A DNA stretch of 64,000 nt from an uncultured Chitinophaga sp. (GTDB lineage Bacteria; Planctomycetota; Planctomycetia; Planctomycetales; Planctomycetaceae): contig CAZIGZ010000008.1 of assembly GCA_964538835.1 (NCBI GenBank), forward strand, positions 21,788 through 85,787. Direction: 5' to 3'. Positions within the stretch are counted from its first letter, which is position 1, and each line of letters begins with the position of its first letter. This document shows, in pieces, positions 1-10,192 of the stretch. The position numbers and the translations under genes were made by a program. The notes below the pieces were generated by a model. It did not search any database. It was not told where the DNA came from and saw only the letters and a list, made by a program, of their open reading frames with translations.

Positions 1-440
1 ATCAGCAGGCCAGGAAACCAGGCCGTCGCAATAAACGTAAATGCAACTGCGTGCATGGTGTGACCGGATGGGAAGCTATATTCATCAAGAGCGGCCGTCG
101 CCTGCCAGATCGCCTCATGCACAGCACCCGGTCTCGGACGCTGAGCAGCTCCTTTGACAAATCGATATGTGGAAAGTACCGCGAGTGCGGTTAGCCCCAT
201 ATGAAGTGACGCACGGATTCCATAGAGCCCGTGAACACACGGTAGAATCAGCATCAGGGAATACCAGAACCGACCGTTTCCCAGTTTGCTGATCATCGTG
301 AAAAACGTGCGGATCACTCGCCAGTTGAGACTGCGATTCAGTAACACCGTCACTGCACGGTCCCAGGCGAGAAGTCGATCCGTCGCGGTCTGCCGCAATC
401 TCTGCTTCACTTTCCCTTCCCCTTCAACATCGTACATCAT
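1..440 (-). CDS. PAP2-superfamily phosphatase (3' end lies beyond window start)
   Basis: Not in the ORF track because there is no stop in the window. My translation of the reverse complement from ATG 440-438 reads MMYDVEGEGKVKQRLRQ...YRFVKGAAQRPRPG...EYSFPSGHTMHAVAF. KxxxxxxRP and PSGH match PAP2 motifs C1 and C2. Confidence 0.7.
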   Translation of the reverse strand, partial: MMYDVEGEGKVKQRLRQTATDRLLAWDRAVTVLLNRSLNWRVIRTFFTMISKLGNGRFWYSLMLILPCVHGLYGIRASLHMGLTALAVLSTYRFVKGAAQRPRPGAVHEAIWQATAALDEYSFPSGHTMHAVAFTFIATAWFPGLL

Positions 441-572
441 TCCCTGAAGTACTGCGGGACAGCCAGACAACATCAACCATGGCTTTCAATCCACTGAAGA
501 GTGTCGTCCGACAGCATGAAGTTTTTGCGTCGATCTGAATGCGTTTCCTGTGAAAACTCCGTTGAAAATTCT

Positions 573-1871
573 TCATGTACCTGGCATTTGAACCAACTCA
601 CCGGCAGAGGCAGACACGGCAGGCATCTGCTTCTTTTGTGCCCTCAGGCGATTTCGTCTGAACCTTGATGCGATTGCAAATGCCTGAACAAGAACCTTCG
701 TGCAGGCGGATGCCGGAAAGGCAACAATGTGATTTCGGGGCACTTCGGACTGTTTCCGGATAGTCTGCTCGTAGTAATGACGAACAACTGATGCAGCATC
801 ACTCCATGTCTGCCTGCCGGCCTCTTCGAGAGAATTCTTCGCGAGACACTCCCGCAGATCGGCCTGTTCGACAAGCTGACGAACATAAGCGGCACCATCC
901 TTTGCACTGCCCGGCGGAAAAAGAAACCCGGTTCTTCCTGGACTGACCAGACTGCGAACACCGCCGGCCGCTGCAGCAACAACGGGCAATCCGGAAGCCA
1001 TGGCTTCCAGAATAACGTTGCCCATCGTCTCCGTCTCTGAGGCATACAGGAAGACGTCTGAAGACGCATAGGCGGACGCCAGCTCTGAACCACTCAAATA
1101 ACCTGGAAATGTGACTGACAGTCGCGAAAACTGGCGCTCAAGCTTCTCCCGATCGGGGCCGTCGCCGACGATTGCCAGCCGTGCGTTAGGAACTTGGTCC
1201 ATAATGTCCGCGAGCAGACCGACATTCTTTTCCGGTGCAAGCCGTGAGACGCTCAGGATGAGAGGACATTCAGGATGGTTCCCCGAAAGTCGACAGCGCA
1301 TTTCGATACTGGCTTTCGATGGCGAGAATGCCTCGGAATCAACAGCCGGGGGCCACAGAGAGACACGTTCAAATCCACGCTGCTTCAGGTCGTCAACCAT
1401 AGAGGCTGAGACGGTCAGGTTGCAGTCCGCAATATTGTGATACTGTTTCGTGAGCCACCATAAGAGTGCCGAAAGTGGACGCAGCCCGGCATATCTTCGA
1501 ACAAATTCCCCGTACAGAGTATGGAACGAAAACAGTGCCGGTAGCTGCGGCATCGCGTGGCCCAGAATATCTGCGCACTGAAAGCCAAATGCAAACGGGT
1601 TCAGATAATGAACGATGTCAGGCTGAAACTGTGCCAGCTTTGTAACCAGCGAATGATCTGCTCGCCCAATGTGATACTCGGGATAACAGGGACACGGAAA
1701 TGACTCGAACTCCACCATCGGAACTGGCGAACTTCGATCAGCAGGGACCTGCGGGCAAATCACAAGAACTTCGTCGCCGGCCCTGCGGAGTTCCTCAATC
1801 AGGTGCATTGTGCGTCGAACAACACCATCGATCTTCGGCAGGTAAACTTCGCAGACAACTGCAATCCGCAT
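573..1871 (-). CDS. GT4-family (group 1, GT-B) glycosyltransferase
   Basis: ORF 573-1886. N-terminus MRIAVVCEVYLPKIDGVVRRT is typical of GT4. C-terminal ETETMGNVILEAMASGLPVV is the E-x7-E donor motif. ATG 1871 is preferred over GTG 1886. Confidence 0.85.
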   Translation of the reverse strand: MRIAVVCEVYLPKIDGVVRRTMHLIEELRRAGDEVLVICPQVPADRSSPVPMVEFESFPCPCYPEYHIGRADHSLVTKLAQFQPDIVHYLNPFAFGFQCADILGHAMPQLPALFSFHTLYGEFVRRYAGLRPLSALLWWLTKQYHNIADCNLTVSASMVDDLKQRGFERVSLWPPAVDSEAFSPSKASIEMRCRLSGNHPECPLILSVSRLAPEKNVGLLADIMDQVPNARLAIVGDGPDREKLERQFSRLSVTFPGYLSGSELASAYASSDVFLYASETETMGNVILEAMASGLPVVAAAAGGVRSLVSPGRTGFLFPPGSAKDGAAYVRQLVEQADLRECLAKNSLEEAGRQTWSDAASVVRHYYEQTIRKQSEVPRNHIVAFPASACTKVLVQAFAIASRFRRNRLRAQKKQMPAVSASAGELVQMPGT

Positions 1872-1943
1872 GGTCCTGACCCTCACCGTTGCAGAAAAGG
1901 AAAGAAGCGATGTCTGAAAACAAGCACTCAGATCGCTTCCGAA

Positions 1944-2765
1944 TCAAGCTTCCGGCTTTCTCGCCACCGCAAGCACGATGTTGTGATGATCGACAACCGG
2001 AAAGACCAGGCGGTCCAGAACAGCCTGCTGCCATCGTCGAGCCTTGTGCAGCCCGATTTCCTCGATGAATGGTGTGAGCCAGCCTCCGAGATAGGCATAA
2101 TCCATGAATTCGGCGAAGTTCCTGAATCGCAGTTCGGGTTCATAGGTTTCGATCTGACAGATCTCAAACCCAGCGACCTTCATCGCTGCCTCCACTTCTC
2201 GCTGATCTGCCGGACAGATCATGCCCTGAAGTGCAGGACCGCGTCCGCCAAACAGCAGCCTGATCAGAGGATTTGCGGCACGCCTCTGCAATTCTCGGTA
2301 TCCGGCGCTGGTTCCGCCAACGAACGACCAGAAGCCGCCTGGGGCCAGTTTGCTGAAGATCACCGGCGCGATATGACTGATGGGGACGAATCCCGTGACG
2401 AAATGCGTTGCCGCAAGGTCGAACTGATCGCTGCCAAAGTGTCTTTCGAGGTTGGCACCATCATCGATGGCCGCAACAAGGTCAGGGAGTTTCTCCTGTG
2501 CGATCGCGGCCATCTTTTCGGAGATATCCAGTCCAAATGGCTCGATGGCACGCGACGAGATGTTTCGAAGCTTCTGCAGGAACATCCCGGTTCCCATTCC
2601 CACATCGAGTACCTTCATGGGCGGAAGCACCCCGGAGAGAATGGCTTCCTGTTCAAGATGAAGGATGGCCCGATCCAGTGATTTCCCGGTTGTAAACTGG
2701 GGATCAAGATCATACTGGCCGGAAATGACTTCGTCGTACTGACGCTGAATGACGGCTGACTCCAT
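1944..2765 (-). CDS. Class I SAM-dependent methyltransferase
   Basis: ORF 1944-2843. VLDVGMGTGMF is SAM motif I. Internal ATG 2765 (MESAVIQRQYDEV) is the more plausible start. Confidence 0.8.
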   Translation of the reverse strand: MESAVIQRQYDEVISGQYDLDPQFTTGKSLDRAILHLEQEAILSGVLPPMKVLDVGMGTGMFLQKLRNISSRAIEPFGLDISEKMAAIAQEKLPDLVAAIDDGANLERHFGSDQFDLAATHFVTGFVPISHIAPVIFSKLAPGGFWSFVGGTSAGYRELQRRAANPLIRLLFGGRGPALQGMICPADQREVEAAMKVAGFEICQIETYEPELRFRNFAEFMDYAYLGGWLTPFIEEIGLHKARRWQQAVLDRLVFPVVDHHNIVLAVARKPEA

Positions 2766-3074
2766 TGACCGCGATCTCTCCCTGAGTGGCATTCGTTGAT
2801 GAGCTGAATGTCTGTGACGTCGGATTCGCAACGAGCAGATCATTCTTTCTCAATACAATAAGATCTGAGCAGGCTCATGAACTTTGCAAGGCCTGCATTA
2901 AGAACCCGCTTAGACCTCGTTCAATTCCTGTGAAGTCGGGAATTTCAGCATTTATCAACGTTAAGTTCACGAATGCTTAAGGATGGCTTAACTCATCCTT
3001 CGCAGAGATCGTCGATGTTTCGGTGTGCGGAAACCATTCCCGCAGTAGTGCCGATCGGACATCGAGGATGAACT

Positions 3075-4586
3075 GTGGCCGTCCTGACCGAGTATGACTG
3101 TGACATTGCTGTCATCGGAAGCGGTGCAGGCGGCGGGACACTTGCCGCCTGCTGTGCCGCAATGGGAAAAACGGTCCTGCTGCTCGAACGCGGCGGCGTT
3201 CTGTCTGAATTGCTCACCCCCGATGGTCGGCAGGATGAGTATCGTACCGTGATTGCGAAACAGCCATATGATGATCGGCCGTTTCGAGTCGGAGATCATT
3301 TGACGCGGTTGTATACGGGCGGAGTTGCAGGTGGAGGCACAGCCGTCTTTGGCGGTGCTATGGTGCGGCCGGAGCCGGGCGACTTTATCCCCGGTCGATA
3401 TTACGGCGATCGATTGCCCGTGGCTGTTCATGAGTGGCCAGTTTCGTGGGAGTCTTTTCATCCATGGCTTGAGCGGGCCGAACGTCTGTATCGCGTCGCC
3501 GATTCACCCGCAGAAGCGGAATCCGCGGAGTCATCTGCGGGCAGCAGCCCCGGTCTTCCTCTTGCCGAAGTCAATCAGCGCCTCTGGAAAGCAGCGTGGC
3601 AGTGCGGCATGAACCCCAGGAGACTTCCCCTGGCCATCGATTCCTCCCGCTGCCTTCGCTGTGATCAGTGCGCGGGCTTCCTTTGCCCAACCGGGGCTCG
3701 ACGAACGTCTTTTCAGCTGGTGCAGGAAGCTATCGCAGCTGGTGCACAGATTCAGGTCCGAACAAACTGCGAAGTGCAGAGAATCGAACGGTCGGTGGCC
3801 GGCCGGGTTGGTGGACTGTGGATCGCGGACCGCCTGAGTGAACAGCGATCATTTGTTCGAGCCAGACGTTATGTGCTGGCTGCCGGAGCGATCGCGTCTT
3901 CAGCTCTGCTGCTGAAGTCCGGCTTCGAGCATCCGATGATTGGACGCAATCTCATGATGCACTACTCACCGATCGCGACGGGCCTGTTTCCTTTTCGAAC
4001 GAATGCCGACCGTACGTTTATCAAGCAGCTGATGTTTTCGGACTGTTACTACGGGACCAGTGACCTGCCTGAGAAGATGGGCATCATTCAGTCATTACCC
4101 GCTCCTGGCCCAAAGCTCCTGGCAAAAAACGGCTTTGCGTGGATGCCTGAAGTCGTTCGCAAGGCGCTCAGGGCACGCATGCTTCCACTGGTTGGCATTA
4201 TCGAAGATCTGCCCGATCCTGCGAACCGAGTCCAGGTTGAGAACGATGGAACAATTCGAATTGAACATCAGTTCTCCTCATACGATCGCGAACGCGGAGC
4301 TGCCCTGACACGCAGAATGGTCGAACTGCTGCGAAGGGCAGGTGCGTGGTATTGCGACGCAGGACGTGTTCCCTCGGCGGAACATGTGGCCCATCAATGC
4401 GGAACGCTTCGATTCGGAAATTCTCCGCAGCACGCAGTCCTCGATCCGGAATGTCGCGTCTTTGGCTTCCCGGATCTTTCTGTGGCAGACGGAAGTTTCA
4501 TGCCGGTTTCATTGGGCGTTGGCCCTTCCTTAACAATCGCCGCCAATGCTCTCCGCATTGCAGAGCGACTTTGCGAAGAGGTCTGA
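3075..4586 (+). CDS. GMC-family FAD-dependent oxidoreductase
   Basis: N-terminal Rossmann DIAVIGSGAGGGTLAACCAAMGKTVLLLERG. C-terminal HQCGTLRFG...DGSFMP resembles the GMC C-terminal catalytic region. GTG start. Confidence 0.8.
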   Translation: MAVLTEYDCDIAVIGSGAGGGTLAACCAAMGKTVLLLERGGVLSELLTPDGRQDEYRTVIAKQPYDDRPFRVGDHLTRLYTGGVAGGGTAVFGGAMVRPEPGDFIPGRYYGDRLPVAVHEWPVSWESFHPWLERAERLYRVADSPAEAESAESSAGSSPGLPLAEVNQRLWKAAWQCGMNPRRLPLAIDSSRCLRCDQCAGFLCPTGARRTSFQLVQEAIAAGAQIQVRTNCEVQRIERSVAGRVGGLWIADRLSEQRSFVRARRYVLAAGAIASSALLLKSGFEHPMIGRNLMMHYSPIATGLFPFRTNADRTFIKQLMFSDCYYGTSDLPEKMGIIQSLPAPGPKLLAKNGFAWMPEVVRKALRARMLPLVGIIEDLPDPANRVQVENDGTIRIEHQFSSYDRERGAALTRRMVELLRRAGAWYCDAGRVPSAEHVAHQCGTLRFGNSPQHAVLDPECRVFGFPDLSVADGSFMPVSLGVGPSLTIAANALRIAERLCEEV

Positions 4587-4590
4587 GTTC

Positions 4591-5523
4591 ATGGCAGAAC
4601 AGAAATTCGAACAGCCGGCGCGACTGGGCGCCTGGCAGATCTGGCTCGAACAGATTCGACAGGCCAGAAAAATCCATGGCGGGTTCATTGGGCTATTTGC
4701 TGCGTCACTGGCAGTCTGGCTTTCACGTGTTCCTGTTCCCACAGCGATGCTTCGACGAAAGGTGTTCTCAATGCTCTACGGAACCAAGTATCCGGCTCTG
4801 GATGAATCAGAACTGGAGAAGCCGCTGGAAGAATTTCGATCCGTAAACGAGCTGTTTGCTCGTGGAGTCCGCGCGGAATGTCGTCCGATCTCTGCGGATC
4901 CGGACGTGCTGGTTTCGCCGGTCGATGGAACCGTCCAGGATCAGGGGACTCTTCGGAACGATACAGTCCTGACCATCAAGGGACTTCGATATACGCTGGA
5001 CTCACTTTGCCCGCAAATCGAAACGCAGCCGTTTCGCGACGGACGATTCGCAATCATCTTTCTGTCTCCGCGCGACTGCCATCGAGTCTTTTCACCGGCA
5101 GAGGGTGTGCTTGAACGACTCGTGCACGTTCCGGGCCATCGGCTGCTGGTCCATCCGACTCACCAGGTGCCGGAGTTTCCGGTCTTTGCGCTGAATGAAC
5201 GGCTCGTGATGCAGATGGCGACTCCCTTCGGAAAATGTCTCGTCATCATGGTGGCGGGCTGGGGCGTTGGTCACATCACACATCCGTTTCGTATCTCTCG
5301 CCGCTTCAGTGCTCGCAACGTTTCTGTAACGGAACTGGATCCTCCGCGAGGCTTTGATCGAGGAGAGTGGATGGCCACGTTTGAGCTCGGCTCCACGGTC
5401 ATCCTGATTACTGAAAAAGACCGGATAACCACAAGCTTCATCAATGCAGACGACCCTCTGCGATTCGGTCAGCCACTGTTTGGGCGGATTCCGGACGGCC
5501 CGCAGCCAGGAATTATGGAATAG
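4591..5523 (+). CDS. psd: Phosphatidylserine decarboxylase proenzyme
   Basis: SPVDGTV, CHRVFSP (the YHRxHxP-type block), NERLV, and FELGSTVIL containing the G-S-T self-cleavage site. ATG 4591 lies 5 nt after the GMC stop. Confidence 0.85.
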   Translation: MAEQKFEQPARLGAWQIWLEQIRQARKIHGGFIGLFAASLAVWLSRVPVPTAMLRRKVFSMLYGTKYPALDESELEKPLEEFRSVNELFARGVRAECRPISADPDVLVSPVDGTVQDQGTLRNDTVLTIKGLRYTLDSLCPQIETQPFRDGRFAIIFLSPRDCHRVFSPAEGVLERLVHVPGHRLLVHPTHQVPEFPVFALNERLVMQMATPFGKCLVIMVAGWGVGHITHPFRISRRFSARNVSVTELDPPRGFDRGEWMATFELGSTVILITEKDRITTSFINADDPLRFGQPLFGRIPDGPQPGIME

Positions 5524-5531
5524 TCACGATC

Positions 5532-7430
5532 ATGAACATTGTTCACTCACAGGCGAATGGTGCTGCCAGGCTGGCGACTGCGAGCACGCGCGTCCGCCTC
5601 GTGCTGGCAACGGATGGCTCATTCGGTTTCGGGCCACTGATTCAGCTGCTGACGGGACAGCCATCGCCAGTGAGTCAGCGGGTACTCCTGCTGCGCGAAG
5701 CACTCGGATGTCACACGACATGCCGATTCGAGATTTCCCGATCTTCGCTTGCCGAAAGTGATGAACTGGAGATCGTGGTCTTTGTGGATTCCGCGGCCAC
5801 CGTCCGCGATGTTCTGCCTCTGGTTCGGGAGATTCTCTGTTTCCATAGCCGCCGTGTGCAGTGCGTTGTGGTTGTGGAGAGCCTCGCGATTCACCAGTCG
5901 GATTCACATGCAATCGCGATGGAGAAGTTCCTGATCCAGGCGCTGAGGCCGCTGGTATCCCGGCTGTCGCTGTTGAGAACCGGTCACCTCTGCTGGAACG
6001 GCGCTGATGCATTGAGCGTGCCCGTATGGCTTCGCAAGCTTCTGCCAGAACACCTGACATCGACATTCGTCGAGTTGAGTCACCTTCAGACAGCGATCGA
6101 TGATTTGCTCAGACCGGAGGAACCCCCGAACGGCGCGGGAATGCTGTTTCGTGTCCCGTGCCTCCGGATCTCCATTCCTGGTCGCAGAATTCCGTTATGC
6201 GAATCACCGGCAACACTGAAGCCGGGCAATCTCTCCCGCAATTCTGACGAGGCCGCGATTCCCGATCGGTTGCCGTCTGCAAGAAAGCCGTCGCTCACCA
6301 GCCTGGCGTTGCGCAGACTCACCGGGATTTCAGCCTGGCTATTGAAGGCTGTTTCCCCGTTTCTTCAGCAGCTGACACCATGTGAACTGAGACCTCGTAC
6401 AGTGCAGGAACTGCTAAGCCTTTGCCATCGGTACAGTCAGGCGGATATCCAGATCGCGGGCTACAACAACGGTGTTCATCATTTCGGCTGGGAATTCCCC
6501 GGGAAAACTGTTGTCTCGACAACCCGCATCGAAGGTCGTATTCGCGTTTCTCGCGATCGAATAACGGCGGATGCAGGAAAGACTTTGTTCGACTGCATAC
6601 AGGCCCTGAAGTCGACGGATCGCGAATTCTGCGTTGTTCCAAACTACTCGTTCATTGCCATGGGGACACTTTTCTTTGTTCCCATTCATGGTTCCGGAAG
6701 CCGCGTTTCCACGATGGGCGAAACGATCGAGAATGTTCTTCTCTATCACCGTGAAACAGGCGAATTCGTTTCGGCCCGCCGTGGAAGCAGTGTCTTTCAG
6801 GAGGCGATGTATCATCGAAGTTCCCCATGGATCGTACTCCGACTCACGCTGAGAACTCAGGCAAGACAGAATCTGAAAGTCGAAACGAAGATCCTTGAAG
6901 ATCCATCATCGGCGGAACTCTGTGACCAGCTTCGGAATCCAGAGGCTTCGCATGTGGAGATTCGCAAGACACGAGCTGCTGACTCGAAGGTCACGGTTCG
7001 CGCCTATTACTCTGGAGAACAGGCCGATTCGGGTTCCGCACAACGAACGACGACAGATCTTCCGCGTGATCAGATTGGGCGACTCTGGGATCGAATTGAA
7101 CAAACGCCTGTCCTTTCGACTTTGTTTCACTGGTACGTCCGGACATGCGCCTTCCACACAGAACTGCTTCTGACAGCGCAGGAATTCGAAGTGTTCTGGG
7201 TACATCATCGATCATTGCCGGTTTCCAAGATTCAGATTCGACAGATGAACCAGGATGGAATGCTGCACTCTCCCTGCCGAAGCGAAAACCTTGTTTCGGT
7301 AGACCTTTTCATGTCCAGGAGGAATCACGATGTCTTCTGCAGGTTTATCTCGGACTATCTCCCGAACGCCCGACACAATCCGGGCAAGCAAAGTCCAGGA
7401 ACTCGCGGGATCGGGACGGCGAATACATGA
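5532..7430 (+). CDS. Hypothetical protein with a C-terminal FAD-binding (PCMH / GULO-like) oxidoreductase-type region
   Basis: 632-aa ORF. IQIAGYNNGVHHFG and FIAMGTLFFVPIHGSGS resemble the GGGHS and GG..TG.HGSG blocks of FAD_binding_4 oxidases. The N-terminal half is unassigned. Confidence 0.5.
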   Translation: MNIVHSQANGAARLATASTRVRLVLATDGSFGFGPLIQLLTGQPSPVSQRVLLLREALGCHTTCRFEISRSSLAESDELEIVVFVDSAATVRDVLPLVREILCFHSRRVQCVVVVESLAIHQSDSHAIAMEKFLIQALRPLVSRLSLLRTGHLCWNGADALSVPVWLRKLLPEHLTSTFVELSHLQTAIDDLLRPEEPPNGAGMLFRVPCLRISIPGRRIPLCESPATLKPGNLSRNSDEAAIPDRLPSARKPSLTSLALRRLTGISAWLLKAVSPFLQQLTPCELRPRTVQELLSLCHRYSQADIQIAGYNNGVHHFGWEFPGKTVVSTTRIEGRIRVSRDRITADAGKTLFDCIQALKSTDREFCVVPNYSFIAMGTLFFVPIHGSGSRVSTMGETIENVLLYHRETGEFVSARRGSSVFQEAMYHRSSPWIVLRLTLRTQARQNLKVETKILEDPSSAELCDQLRNPEASHVEIRKTRAADSKVTVRAYYSGEQADSGSAQRTTTDLPRDQIGRLWDRIEQTPVLSTLFHWYVRTCAFHTELLLTAQEFEVFWVHHRSLPVSKIQIRQMNQDGMLHSPCRSENLVSVDLFMSRRNHDVFCRFISDYLPNARHNPGKQSPGTRGIGTANT

Positions 7431-9519
7431 TCCGGAAGCACTCCTCGAAACTGCCGAACAGTTGATTCGGCTGAGGATCCCGAATTTCCTTCGACTCTAT
7501 CTGAATCCGTGGGTCGGCCGGACATGTGTTGTCCTGAGCGAACTCGTGCGTCAGCTCTTTCCATCTGCCAGCAGAGCCCCGAGGTATCCGACGTTTCTTG
7601 CCAACTCCGGTGAAGAAGCTCTGAGCGGAGCAGTCAAGCTGACAAGATTCAGTCATTATCTGAAGGGGCAAACTGCCCCCTGCTCAGTTGCACTCCTTGG
7701 TGATCTCTGGCCTGTCGGTTTTGCAGAACTGTCTCTCCGCACGGACTTCGATTCCAGCGACTCAGCTGTTGCACGACTGGAACTGCTTCCGGCAGTGCAT
7801 ACGCTGTCTCTTCAGCAGCTGGATCATTTGCCTGATTATCACACTGTCGCTGTTCGACGACATGACGCCGTCGAAAACTCTGCTGACCTGAAGGAGGCAC
7901 TTCAGGCGTTTCGCAGTCTGCCCGGCCGACAGCTGATTGTTGTCACCGAATCAGCGGATCTTCAGTCTGCCACTTCTGCATCGTTGTGCGACTTGAGTCC
8001 GGACATTGTTGTCTTCGATGAATCCTGGACTCAGCATCAGGTTCCATTCGGCGCATTCAGTGCACGACCAGATCTCTATGCGGCATGGATGAAGCGGGGA
8101 ATGTCAACGTTTCATTCCACAACGTTTCAGCCAAACACGATTTCAACTGCCCACTTCCTGAAATGCATGGAGATATTTGCTCCTCAGCTGATGCAGAATC
8201 TTCACGAAGAACTGGAGACGCTGCTGCTGGATCATCGCCAGCTCCGGCGCACCTATCGTGAACTCTTCAATCCGTCACTGGAACGCATGATCAAGGCAAC
8301 CGGGTTTGACGAGGAGGAAGTCACGGCCACCGGTCACTATGTTCGTGTTGGCTCGCGGAGGCTGTTTGACGGCATCGGCGGGGTCGCATGCAGCCTCCGC
8401 GGCCATAATCCCGAGAACTGGCATACTGAGATTCGTGAAACTGCATCGACGAGTGCCCGTGATGCGGTTCAGGCTTTCCTCAATGAACGCACTGGACTGC
8501 GGCATCATGTCCCTGCAGTAAGCGGTGCCTCTGCAGCAGAAAATGCCCTTCGTATGTCACTGGCAGCACTGTGGCCCCGAAAGCACGTCGTTGTTCTTCG
8601 AGGTGGCTTTGGCGGAAAGACACTGCTGGCCCTGACCGGTACCGAAAAGCGGCGGTATCGGATCGGGTTGGATCCGCTTTATCCACATGTCAACTACCTG
8701 AACCCGTTTGCCGCCGACGCAGTCGATCAACTGATCAGCATCTGTGACAAAAAGGATGTTGCTGTTATTCAGCTTGAACTCATTCAGGGTGTCGGTGGTG
8801 TTCGCGAGATTCCTGGAGCTTTGCTGGAGGCAATCAGCGAACTTCGTCGCCACCAGGGATTCTCGGTTTTCATCGACGAGATTCAAACGGGCATGTTTCG
8901 AACCGGGCCGTTCCTGCGATCAATGGTCAAGCCTCTGTCACCGGATTTCGTCACCATCGGCAAAGGCGTAAGTGACATGATGTTTCCCTTTGCCCTGACT
9001 CTGTATTCAGATCGAATGCAGTACCTGATGCACACTCGATGTCCGGATTTGCCGCAGGAACTTTCTCAGGCATCTGCCTTTGAGACAGGTTACCGATGCC
9101 TGCTGAACGCCCTTTCGCTGGAACAACTTCAAAACCTCGATCAACATGTGTACGAGTCTGGTGCCATGTTCAGAGTGATGCTGCGTGAACACATCGGCAG
9201 GGCCCCGTTGGTTCGTGATATTCGTGTCTTCGGACTGCTGATCGGAATCGAACTGAACGTTTCATCTTCGTTCCCCGGTCGATGCGGGCTCAATGTCCCG
9301 CAGTTGATTATGCTGCAGATGATGAATGACCCGGTCTTCCCGTTGCTTATGGGATTTTGTCAGTACGAACCAAACGTGCTGAAATTCACACCGCCGCTTT
9401 CTATCCGACCGGAAGAAATCGAAATGTGCTGTCGGACAATCGCTGCGGCCGTGAAAACTTCGCCGCTGAAGCTGATAACGACGGCACTAAAGGCTGGTGT
9501 TCGCCTGTTGCGGCGGTGA
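7330..9519 (+). CDS. Class-III (omega) aminotransferase with an extra degenerate N-terminal aminotransferase-like half
   Basis: C-terminal half has GHNPENW, VSGASAAENALRM, IDEIQTGMFRTGPF and TIGKGVS (PLP-lysine block). N-terminal half has NSGEEALSGAVKLTR. AGGAGG sits 7 nt upstream of ATG 7330. Confidence 0.8.
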   Translation: MSSAGLSRTISRTPDTIRASKVQELAGSGRRIHDPEALLETAEQLIRLRIPNFLRLYLNPWVGRTCVVLSELVRQLFPSASRAPRYPTFLANSGEEALSGAVKLTRFSHYLKGQTAPCSVALLGDLWPVGFAELSLRTDFDSSDSAVARLELLPAVHTLSLQQLDHLPDYHTVAVRRHDAVENSADLKEALQAFRSLPGRQLIVVTESADLQSATSASLCDLSPDIVVFDESWTQHQVPFGAFSARPDLYAAWMKRGMSTFHSTTFQPNTISTAHFLKCMEIFAPQLMQNLHEELETLLLDHRQLRRTYRELFNPSLERMIKATGFDEEEVTATGHYVRVGSRRLFDGIGGVACSLRGHNPENWHTEIRETASTSARDAVQAFLNERTGLRHHVPAVSGASAAENALRMSLAALWPRKHVVVLRGGFGGKTLLALTGTEKRRYRIGLDPLYPHVNYLNPFAADAVDQLISICDKKDVAVIQLELIQGVGGVREIPGALLEAISELRRHQGFSVFIDEIQTGMFRTGPFLRSMVKPLSPDFVTIGKGVSDMMFPFALTLYSDRMQYLMHTRCPDLPQELSQASAFETGYRCLLNALSLEQLQNLDQHVYESGAMFRVMLREHIGRAPLVRDIRVFGLLIGIELNVSSSFPGRCGLNVPQLIMLQMMNDPVFPLLMGFCQYEPNVLKFTPPLSIRPEEIEMCCRTIAAAVKTSPLKLITTALKAGVRLLRR

Positions 9520-9569
9520 GCCAGTTGCAAACAATTTTCCGTGGAAGTTTCTTCGAGGATTCCTGATCC

Positions 9570-10148
9570 ATGAAGCCTGAATGTTCCGGTCCGCGAACAA
9601 GCCTATGGTCGGCCAACTTCGCAGAACTGTTTTCTCGTCACTTGTGCCGCCACGGCGAATTCGGCATCAATGTCCTGCATCTGATTGCCGTCTATGGAAT
9701 CTACCTGTCGGTTTATGCCCTGGTTTCCACCGTTTTCTCGATACTGGGTCCGGAATTGAACTGGCTGATTCGTTCCGCCATTCTGTTTGCAGCCTCCGTG
9801 CCCTACCTGATTCTGATGTTCCGAAATCTCTCTGGAATGGTGCTTCTACTGGTTGTTGTGTCCATCCTGTCCCTCTGTGTTTTCGGTGCTCTGCTTTTGG
9901 TCGTGCCCTGGTGGCTGCATCTCCTGCTCATCCCGGTATGGCATCGTGTTCAATTGTGGAGTCACCGTATCTACTGCCGGGAAAAGGACATGACTCATTT
10001 TGCCGAGAAGTATCCGAAAGGGATGAAGTTGTTCGTGCTTCTGTCAGTCTACGAACTTCCGATTCTGCTGAACTTCTTTTTAAAGGGTGAGAGCGAATCG
10101 CAGTCCACTAGCAATCCTTCGAATTCAGTGTCAACTTTGACGGTCTGA
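9570..10148 (+). CDS. Small multi-pass membrane protein (function unknown, possibly DUF962/Mpo1-like)
   Basis: 192 aa with 4 hydrophobic segments and an operon position between the aminotransferase and the HD protein. Family assignment is uncertain. Confidence 0.5.
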   Translation: MKPECSGPRTSLWSANFAELFSRHLCRHGEFGINVLHLIAVYGIYLSVYALVSTVFSILGPELNWLIRSAILFAASVPYLILMFRNLSGMVLLLVVVSILSLCVFGALLLVVPWWLHLLLIPVWHRVQLWSHRIYCREKDMTHFAEKYPKGMKLFVLLSVYELPILLNFFLKGESESQSTSNPSNSVSTLTV

Positions 10149-10192
10149 GGTTGAGATACGCCTCGTAGAAGTGAGGTTTTCGGGAGATCTTA

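Noticed and set aside
1803-2681. 292-aa plus-strand ORF
   Set aside because: It is antisense to the methyltransferase, which has a clean SAM motif, and it spans the GT4 start. It has no motif of its own.
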